Shown piece after piece: positions 57,863-64,000 of a DNA stretch of 64,000 bases. Origin of the DNA: Steroidobacteraceae bacterium (GTDB lineage: Bacteria; Pseudomonadota; Gammaproteobacteria; Steroidobacterales; Steroidobacteraceae); assembly GCA_035495655.1 (NCBI GenBank), contig DATJFM010000091.1:968-64967 (forward strand), written 5' to 3'. Positions within the stretch are counted from its first letter, which is position 1. The number at the start of each line of letters is the position of its first letter. Both the position numbers and the translations under genes were made by a program. Below the pieces are notes generated by a model. The model did no database searches. It was given only the letters and a program-made list of their open reading frames with translations, and was not told where the DNA came from.

Positions 57863-58564
57863 ATGTGGGGCAGCCGACTCGTGATTCCCGCCGTGGCGGC
57901 GCTGCTCGCGGCGGTGGCGCAGCCCGTCAGCGCGCAGAAGGCGTCATCCGATGCGGATGATCTCCGTAACGCCCAACTGGCATGGGGGTCGAGCCCGGCC
58001 AAGCGCTGTCCGGAGTTGCACCAAAGCACTGCGGAAGAGGGCGCGGTGGCGGTGGTCAAGTTCATGGTCGGGCCCACCGGGGCGCCGTCACAGGCGTCCA
58101 TTCGCGCCTCATCGGGCTCCACCGAGTTCGATGCCGCAGCGGTGGGGTGCGTCGCGAAGCTGCACTTCCTGCCGGCCACCCGTTACGGCGACGGCACGGC
58201 GGTCGCATCCTGGCAGCAGTTCGCACTGAAGTGGACCGGTGCGGTAAGCGTGCCCCGCACCGCCCGCTGCGAAGCGACTGATGCCACGCAGCCTGCCACC
58301 GTGGTGACAGAGCCTCCGGAGGGCTCTGCGGCCGAGCGCGATCAGCCGGGCCCGAGCAGAGCAAGGGCCGGAGTCTGCGTGTGCGTGGACGACACCGGGA
58401 AGATCGCTGATGCCCCGGTCCTCACAAATTCCTCCGGCATTCCCGGCTTCGACAAGGCCGCACTGGAACTATCCGCGGCAACGCACTATCGGCCCGCAAC
58501 CTCAACGAACGGCAAGCCCGCTGCGGGCTGCTTCCGCTTCAAGGTCGGCATCGAGGCGAAGTGA
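57863..58564 (+). CDS. exported protein with two TonB C-terminal-like domains (no TM anchor or Pro-rich spacer)
   Basis: 233 aa; signal peptide MWGSRLVIPAVAALLAAVAQPVSAQ. ..GAVAVVKFMVGPTGAPSQASIRASSGSTEFDAAAVGCVAKLHFLPAT.. and ..GVCVCVDDTGKIADAPVLTNSSGIPGFDKAALELSAATHYRPAT.. each look like TonB_C. Confidence 0.68.
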   Translation: MWGSRLVIPAVAALLAAVAQPVSAQKASSDADDLRNAQLAWGSSPAKRCPELHQSTAEEGAVAVVKFMVGPTGAPSQASIRASSGSTEFDAAAVGCVAKLHFLPATRYGDGTAVASWQQFALKWTGAVSVPRTARCEATDATQPATVVTEPPEGSAAERDQPGPSRARAGVCVCVDDTGKIADAPVLTNSSGIPGFDKAALELSAATHYRPATSTNGKPAAGCFRFKVGIEAK

Positions 58565-59508
58565 GCGCGGGGCGCCGGCCTGCTCCATGGCGTCTCGCGA
58601 CGCTGTGGACAGCGGCGGTCCTCGTGTACCTCATGTGGCCGGCCGCTGCACGCGCGCAGGGTGAAGGCGCGCGCGCCTATGAGCTGGCGCCCGCCGGCAG
58701 CCAGGCCATCAATGTGTATGGCCTCATCGGCAGCGGCAACAGCTCCTTCGATCCTGGCGCGGGCGTTCTCGGAGCTGTCGACGCCGATCTCTACGGGAGC
58801 ATCATCGAGTATGTGCGGGGATTCACGGTCGCAGGCAATGCAGGCTCGCTGATCGTTTCGCTGCCTTTTGGCGAGGCGCGCCGATCGGTCGAGAGCGGAC
58901 AAACAGTCGCGCGTTCCGGCCTCGGCGACATGCAGTTGACGGCAGCGTTCGGGCTTCTGGGCTCGCCCGCACTCAGCGAGAAGGAGTATGAGGCTTACCA
59001 CCCCCGAGTTGGATTGAGCCTGCTGACACGGTTGTACATTCCCACCGGCGCCTACAGTCCCAACTCGCCCGTCAACCTCGGGCAGAATCGATGGGCACTG
59101 CAGCTGGGATTGCCTTGCGCTTACTACCTTGGCGAATCCCTGTCCGATCCCTCGCTGACATCATTCGAGTTCATCCCCTCGGTGATCTGGTATGGCGATA
59201 ACACCGAGCCGCCCTCCGGCAACCGCAGCACTGAGGCGCCGCTGTTGCAGCTCGAGGGCCACATCACCCGCAATCTGAACCCGTCGATCTGGCTATCGCT
59301 CGATGCATTGTTCGTTCAAGGTGGCGAGACGACGACCGACGGTGTGAGCGACCATAACCGCCAGCGCTCATTCTCTGTCGGTGTGACGGCGAGCGTTGCC
59401 CTGAGCGACGCCGTGTCGGCTACACTTTCGTATACCGGCGAAGCGAGCCGCAACGATGAGGGGCTGCGCGGACATGCGATTCGCCTCATCGCCGAGTTCT
59501 CGCTCTGA
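58561..59508 (+). CDS. outer-membrane beta-barrel transporter (MetA-pathway/phenol-degradation-like family)
   Basis: 315 aa; GTGA overlap with the upstream gene; signal peptide ..LMWPAAARAQ; alternating beta-strand pattern; C-terminal ..HAIRLIAEFSL (aromatic near the terminus). Confidence 0.62.
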   Translation: MSAGRRPAPWRLATLWTAAVLVYLMWPAAARAQGEGARAYELAPAGSQAINVYGLIGSGNSSFDPGAGVLGAVDADLYGSIIEYVRGFTVAGNAGSLIVSLPFGEARRSVESGQTVARSGLGDMQLTAAFGLLGSPALSEKEYEAYHPRVGLSLLTRLYIPTGAYSPNSPVNLGQNRWALQLGLPCAYYLGESLSDPSLTSFEFIPSVIWYGDNTEPPSGNRSTEAPLLQLEGHITRNLNPSIWLSLDALFVQGGETTTDGVSDHNRQRSFSVGVTASVALSDAVSATLSYTGEASRNDEGLRGHAIRLIAEFSL

Positions 59509-60098
59509 GCCCGCAGCGATTGGAAGTGCCATGGAAGTCCATCCCATAAGATTCTCGGCGCGCGCGAGGGTCTGGCAGAGTTTTCGCACATCGAGGTGCT
59601 GTTCGTTTTTCATCAGGTCGAGCCAGCCAGCGGCGCACGCTCGCACTCACTTGAGCTCGAGCTTCGAGGGCTGGCTGCGTCGCTCACCGCCGCAGCAGCG
59701 TTGATCAGGTGTGAACGGCAAAAAGATAGTCACAAAAGATTAGCCATCACGCGAGATGGCGGTGCGATAATGCGCCGCGCTGAAGGCACCGGGATCTCGC
59801 GGCGGACTTGTTCTCCGCCGCGGCCCGGGCAAAACCGGGGCGGCTCTTCAGCAGTTTTTCAAAGTCGTTACAGGATCGTAAGGCGTCGCACCTCGTGGGG
59901 CGGAAACGCAGGGACTCGCAGTCTTTCTCTCGGGCGCACACCCTGCGCGCCACTGCACCGGACGGCCTTTCCGCAGCGCTGCCAGCACGCGCCCAAGCTA
60001 CCGAGAGCATCACATCAGGATCCCGCACCGAGTACCTGCTGCGTGAGCACGAGGAGGCATGAAGATCTCCCTAGCGTAGACGGTGTGGAGCGCTAAAG

Positions 60099-60134
60099 CG
60101 GCCGGAGGCTACCCCCCCTCCGGCCGTTCTTTCT
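60099..60134 (+). terminator. orphan rho-independent terminator: 10-bp stem CGGCCGGAGG/CCTCCGGCCG, 8-nt loop, TTCTTTCT tail
   Basis: Read directly from the sequence. Lies about 590 nt downstream of the nearest plus-strand CDS and about 100 nt upstream of the next one. Confidence 0.55.
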
Positions 60135-60151
60135 GATACCCCTGACACACT

Positions 60152-60190
60152 GTGACGCAGATCGCGGAAGCGTCGTGACGCATATCGCGG
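60152..60190 (+). promoter_or_regulatory. direct repeat GTGACGCA(G/T)ATCGCGG x2, starts 23 bp apart, upstream of the 60237 gene
   Basis: Read directly from the sequence (15/16 identical). Flanked by CACTGTG copies on both sides. Confidence 0.4.
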
Positions 60191-60236
60191 GAGTGTCACT
60201 GTGTCCACCGTTAGGATTCTTCGCGAGGAGGATGCC

Positions 60237-60677
60237 ATGCGGTGGATGGCCGGCGTGGCGGCTGGAGTGCTGTTCGTCGCGCTGCAGTCGCTGCCTTGCA
60301 AAGCTGCGGAATGGAAGCGTCTGTACAGCGCGGCTGACAGGTCCGTGGATATCGATCTCGCGGACATTCATCGCAGTGGCGAGGTGGTACTTGCCTGGGT
60401 GAAATTCTCCTACGTGAAGGAGCAATCGGACCCGGCGAGGCGGCCTTATCGATCGATGTTGCAGCTTTGGGCATACCAATGCGGGCTCGGCCGCCATGCA
60501 CTCATGCAGTTTGCCGAATACACGCGCGCGAGCGGCGAGGGTAACGTGGTCGCCTCCGACGCGCGCGATCGTTACCAGTGGAGCTATCCCGAGCCCGACA
60601 CGATCGGCGAGGCGGCCATGAAGCTCGCCTGCAGCCGGGCACCGAAGATGGGTCCAAACAGCGCGACCGCTCTCTGA
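60237..60677 (+). CDS. secreted surface-adhesin-E-like family protein (hypothetical)
   Basis: ORF 60201..60677 trimmed to MRWMAGVAAGVLFVALQSLPCKA (signal peptide). ..WKRLYSAADRSVDIDLADIHRSGEVVLAWVKF..YRSMLQLWAYQCG..GEGNVVAS..YQWSYPEPDTIGEAAMKLAC.. fits the W..(I/V)D..SI.R.G...W...C...C pattern I associate with that family. Confidence 0.55.
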   Translation: MRWMAGVAAGVLFVALQSLPCKAAEWKRLYSAADRSVDIDLADIHRSGEVVLAWVKFSYVKEQSDPARRPYRSMLQLWAYQCGLGRHALMQFAEYTRASGEGNVVASDARDRYQWSYPEPDTIGEAAMKLACSRAPKMGPNSATAL

Positions 60678-60752
60678 CACTGATCCTCCGCTGGCCCATG
60701 GGCAACACCGTGGCGCAGCACTGCGGGCGCCCGCGGAGTACCATGCGCAGCC

Positions 60753-61466
60753 ATGAGACTTGCCCTCGGCTTCGCCCTGGTTTGCCTGTCGTTGGCTCAC
60801 AACGCGCGCGCCGATACCCACTGCTACGGATTTCGCAACGATTCAAACGCGGTCGTGACGCTCACCTTTTTCTATCGTCCGGCGATCGGCAACGTGATTA
60901 CCGGAGCCGCCATCGATCCGGGCAAGACGTATCCATTCGATGGCAGGCCCTGGTGCTGGAATCTGCCCGAGGGGGTCACCGCCACCGTGACCGTCCCCGC
61001 ACCGGCGGCGCCGCAATGGAAGGGCTCTCTCGTGCTCGGCAATAGTGCGGGCAGCGCTCCTTCCGGAACCTATGTGATTGGCGCGGCGTCCAGCGCTGCG
61101 GCTGCGGCACCTGCTGCAGCGGCCGCAAGTGCGGCGGCTGCACCCGCCGTCGCGGCCGCCGCCGCAGCCGCACCCGCACCCGCCGCACCTCCCGCTGCTG
61201 CATGTCTCGCCAACTCCTTTCCCAACAACGACGCGTACTGCCTCACCGGTCTCGAGGACGGCATAGCGGTGGGCTGTGGCGTGGGACACACCGGAATCAG
61301 CGGCACCATCGTTGTCAGTCATCTGACCTTGCAGTGCCGAAACGGCAGGAAGCTGAAGCTCACCTGCGGCACGACGACCGGCAGCCGCCAAAAGTGCGAT
61401 CTCAACGATCACGAGATCTGCACCGATGATCACATCAGTAATGCGGCGGAGTACTGCGCGCGCTGA
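60753..61466 (+). CDS. hypothetical secreted two-domain protein with a poly-Ala/Pro linker and a Cys-rich C-terminal domain
   Basis: 237 aa; signal peptide MRLALGFALVCLSLAHNARA. N-terminal domain with 2 Cys; 40-aa Ala/Pro tract; C-terminal ~85 aa with 8 Cys. No family recognised. Confidence 0.6.
   Translation: MRLALGFALVCLSLAHNARADTHCYGFRNDSNAVVTLTFFYRPAIGNVITGAAIDPGKTYPFDGRPWCWNLPEGVTATVTVPAPAAPQWKGSLVLGNSAGSAPSGTYVIGAASSAAAAAPAAAAASAAAAPAVAAAAAAAPAPAAPPAAACLANSFPNNDAYCLTGLEDGIAVGCGVGHTGISGTIVVSHLTLQCRNGRKLKLTCGTTTGSRQKCDLNDHEICTDDHISNAAEYCAR
61083..61202 (+). repeat. GCN-rich low-complexity coding DNA (Ala/Pro linker)
   Basis: Translation AASSAAAAAPAAAAASAAAAPAVAAAAAAAPAPAAPPAAA; codon-level repetition. 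Confidence 0.7.
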
Positions 61467-61514
61467 GCACGCGCGATTCGCCTAGGACTCAGCGGACCCG
61501 GCCGCCGCGCAAGC

Positions 61515-62045
61515 TCAGCCGAGCTCCAGCGTGACGTGAACGACGTCCCCATCGCGCTCCCGGCGCAGCGGCAGGCCGCTGCGTTCCAACACCCGCAGCA
61601 TCGCGCTGTTATCCGGCATCACCTCGGCTATGAATGCAGTGAGGCCGGCCGCGCGCGCAAGCTCAGCGAGATGGCGCAACATCGTGCTGGCGATGCCACG
61701 TCCCTGAAACTCGTCTACCACCATGAAGGCGATCTCGGCCATGCCGGGGCGGACGATGATGTAGCGCGCGCCCGCCACGATGACTTCGTGGCCGCTCTCG
61801 TGACTCACGGCGACCAGCGCCACCTGGTTCTTAAAATCGACATCGACGAAGCCAGCCACTTCTGCATCGCTGAACTCGCGTCGTACACCGAAGAATCTCC
61901 GGTAGAGCGAGCGATCGCTGGCACTCGCCGCGGCGAGGAGCAGCGCGTTCCGATCGCTCGGTCTGAGCGCGCGGATCTCGACCTGCCCTCCGTGGCGCAA
62001 CGGCGCACGTACCGAGAAGGTCGCGGGATCCAGCATGTGCGGCAT
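61515..62045 (-). CDS. GNAT-family N-acetyltransferase
   Basis: ORF 61515..62123(-) trimmed to [10 protein letters not shown]. ..[30 protein letters not shown].. acetyl-CoA-binding Q/R-x-x-G-x-G/A motif. Confidence 0.85.
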   Translation of the reverse strand: MPHMLDPATFSVRAPLRHGGQVEIRALRPSDRNALLLAAASASDRSLYRRFFGVRREFSDAEVAGFVDVDFKNQVALVAVSHESGHEVIVAGARYIIVRPGMAEIAFMVVDEFQGRGIASTMLRHLAELARAAGLTAFIAEVMPDNSAMLRVLERSGLPLRRERDGDVVHVTLELG

Positions 62046-62261
62046 GATAGCGACAGGCGCCGCCGCACTGATGGATGCACAACGCAGAGCCGGTGCGCAC
62101 CTTCGTGCGGCCCGGTGACCCAAACGGCCGCGCTGACGCTCAGGTGTGGTACCAAATGCTCATGCCGAAACGTATCGCAAGGCGATAGGATCGCAAAGGC
62201 AATCGTTCGCCCGAATTGCCGAATTCATGACAGCCACGTGACAGTGCCAACGGAGTTGCAA

Positions 62262-64000
62262 ATGGCTAACCGAGAAACCTCCGCCGCCAGCGCGCGCACT
62301 CCACTCTCGAGCGAGGAACTGCGTCTGATGGATTGCTGGTGGCGCGCCTGTAACTATCTTGCGGTCGGCATGATCTATCTGCGCGCCAACCCGCTGCTGC
62401 GCGAGCCGCTCAAACCCGAGCACGTGAAGATCCGCCTGCTCGGCCATTGGGGGACCAGCCCCGAGCTGTCCTTCGTCTGGACGCACCTGAACCGGCTCAT
62501 CAGGCGCGACGATCTCGACATGATTTTCGTCGCTGGCCCCGGACACGGAGCGCCGGGTGTGTTGGGTCCCGCTTATCTCGAGGGCACCTACTCCGAGGTC
62601 TACCCTGACAAGAGCGAGGACATCGAGGGTCTGCAGAAATTCCTCATGCAGTTTTCCTTCCCCGGACACATCGGTTCCCACTGCACGCCGGAGACTCCGG
62701 GCTCGATTCACGAAGGAGGCGAGCTCGGCTATAGCCTGGCGCACGCGTACGGCGCTGCCCTCGACAATCCCAACCTGATCGTCGCCTGTGTCGTCGGCGA
62801 CGGCGAAGCAGAAACCGGGCCGCTGGCCACCGCCTGGCATTCGAACAAGTTCCTCAATCCCATTCGCGATGGTGCAGTGCTCCCGATCCTCAACCTCAAC
62901 GGCTACAAGATTGCCAATCCAACGGTCCTCGCGCGTATCCCACACGAGGAGCTCGAGGCACTCTTCGTTGGCTACGGCTACAAGCCGTACTTCGTCGAAG
63001 GCTCGGATCCAATCAAGATGCACCAGACCATGGCCGCGACTCTCGACACGGTGGTCGGAGAAATCCGTGCACTGCAGAAGAAAGCGCGCGACAGCGGCAA
63101 GGCGGAGCGGCCACGGTGGCCGATGATCGTGTTGCGCACGCCGAAGGGCTGGACCTGTCCGAAGGAAATCGCGGGCCACAAGGTAGAGGGCTCCTGGCGC
63201 GCCCATCAGGTACCGATTGCGGACGTGCGCAGCAATCCTGCCAGTCTGAAGCTGCTCGAAACCTGGATGCGCAGCTATCAGCCCGAGGAGTTGTTCGATG
63301 CGAATGCGCGCCTGCGGCCGGAGCTACGCGCTCTCTCGCCGACCGGGACCCGTCGCATGAGCGCCAATCCGCACGCCAATGGTGGATTGCTGCGCAGGGA
63401 GCTCAAGCTGCCGGACTTTCGCGACTACGCCGTGAAGGTCACCAAGCCCGGCGCGGTGCTGCACGAGAACACCAAGCCGCTGGGCGAGTTCCTGCGCGAT
63501 GTGATGCGCAACAACATGACGAGCTTTCGCGTCTTCGGCCCGGACGAAACTGCCTCCAATCGCCTGCAGGCTCTCTACGAGGTGAGCAAGAAGACCTGGA
63601 TGGCGGAGATGGTGCCGGAGGACGCCGATGGCGGTGAGCTCGCGCGCGACGGACGAGTGATGGAGGTGCTGTCCGAGCATACGCTGATGGGATGGCTCGA
63701 GGGTTACCTGCTCACCGGACGCCATGGATTCTTCGCCACCTACGAGGCGTTCGCGCACGTCGTCGACTCGATGTTCAACCAGCACGCCAAGTGGCTGGAC
63801 ATCAGCAAGAATCACGTGCGCTGGCGCGCCGCGGTCGCCTCACAGAACATCCTGCTGACATCGACCGTGTGGCGGCAGGACCATAACGGCTTCTCGCACC
63901 AGGATCCGGGGTTCATCGATCTCGCGACCAACAAGAGCCCGTCCGTGACCCGGGTGTATCTGCCACCGGATGCCAACACGCTGCTGGTGATTGCGGACCA
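62262..64000 (+). CDS. xfp: phosphoketolase (xylulose-5-P/fructose-6-P), 3'-truncated by the window edge
   Basis: Own translation; absent from the ORF track because it is open-ended. [169 protein letters not shown].. Frame checked against the track ORF at 62557. Confidence 0.93.
   Translation, partial: MANRETSAASARTPLSSEELRLMDCWWRACNYLAVGMIYLRANPLLREPLKPEHVKIRLLGHWGTSPELSFVWTHLNRLIRRDDLDMIFVAGPGHGAPGVLGPAYLEGTYSEVYPDKSEDIEGLQKFLMQFSFPGHIGSHCTPETPGSIHEGGELGYSLAHAYGAALDNPNLIVACVVGDGEAETGPLATAWHSNKFLNPIRDGAVLPILNLNGYKIANPTVLARIPHEELEALFVGYGYKPYFVEGSDPIKMHQTMAATLDTVVGEIRALQKKARDSGKAERPRWPMIVLRTPKGWTCPKEIAGHKVEGSWRAHQVPIADVRSNPASLKLLETWMRSYQPEELFDANARLRPELRALSPTGTRRMSANPHANGGLLRRELKLPDFRDYAVKVTKPGAVLHENTKPLGEFLRDVMRNNMTSFRVFGPDETASNRLQALYEVSKKTWMAEMVPEDADGGELARDGRVMEVLSEHTLMGWLEGYLLTGRHGFFATYEAFAHVVDSMFNQHAKWLDISKNHVRWRAAVASQNILLTSTVWRQDHNGFSHQDPGFIDLATNKSPSVTRVYLPPDANTLLVIAD

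Noticed and set aside
59596-60096. 166-aa plus-strand ORF in the non-coding island (and the 92/93-aa minus-strand ORFs at 59368..59646 and 59747..60028)
   Set aside because: Arg/Ser/Pro/Gly-rich, with no start context or motif, so I treat the region as non-coding or decayed. Its stop sits 3 nt before a strong terminator; that is noted in the finding rather than used to call a gene.
59509-61514. Mobile element or genomic island call for the 59.5-61.5 kb patch
   Set aside because: No integrase, transposase, terminal inverted repeats or flanking direct repeats could be identified by eye. Only a compositional and annotation oddity remains, reported as findings instead.
62160-63206. 348-aa minus-strand ORF
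   Set aside because: It is antisense to an unmistakable phosphoketolase reading frame that the ORF track misses only because it is open at the window edge.

Overview
Visibly GC-rich (third codon positions almost all G/C) proteobacterial chromosomal segment. It is mostly core metabolism, with several small accessory patches. All calls come from reading the supplied ORF translations and the raw sequence by eye. No similarity search, HMM or folding program was run. Start codons were chosen by N-terminal conservation, signal peptides, Shine-Dalgarno spacing and stop/start overlaps. Hand-derived coordinates of non-ORF features may be off by 1-2 nt.

Layout:
- 1-1939 (-): an efflux outer-membrane factor followed by the start of its periplasmic adaptor.
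- 2185-16671 (+): a complete 14-gene NADH:quinone oxidoreductase operon, nuoA-N, with nuoC and nuoD as separate genes. It runs without a visible terminator into a YncE-like beta-propeller gene and a secreted M20 peptidase gene.
- 19956-23409 (+): hmgA-fahA-yhhQ, chained by GTGA overlaps.
- 23.5-30.7 kb: a mixed-orientation patch of exported proteins. These are a small repeat protein, a Tat-signal PLP enzyme, a His/Gly/Tyr-rich protein, a 7-blade FG-GAP lipoprotein and a tandem retropepsin, plus a HAD hydrolase.
- 30947-34604 (+): cysD-cysNC-cysQ.
- 34661-38865 (+): thiolase, flavin reductase and two adjacent acyl-CoA dehydrogenases.
- 39043-41646: Lrp regulator, ornithine cyclodeaminase and arginase.
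- 41771-47159: dodecin, an Asp/Glu-racemase-family gene, a receiver-GAF-PAS-PAS histidine kinase, and an apparently orphan malonate decarboxylase alpha subunit (mdcA).
- 47188-52393 (-): a Liv-type ABC importer operon.
- 52461-55230 (+): an operon of an ATL (alkyltransferase-like) protein, an SRPBCC protein and a beta-propeller lipoprotein.
- 55245-59508 (+): AraC regulator, serine hydrolase, SnoaL protein, a double TonB_C protein and a MetA-type outer-membrane barrel.
- 59509-60236: a ~730-bp structured non-coding island with an orphan intrinsic terminator.
- 60237-64000: two secreted hypotheticals, a GNAT acetyltransferase and a 3'-truncated phosphoketolase.

I found no rRNA, tRNA, CRISPR array, IS element or prophage. 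No single obvious novel multi-gene system stands out. The best leads are the orphan mdcA with its neighbouring kinase, the structured non-coding island, the His/Gly/aromatic secreted protein, the tandem retropepsin and the ATL-SRPBCC-propeller operon. Many long ORFs in the track are antisense or alternate-frame artefacts of the GC-rich composition and were rejected.
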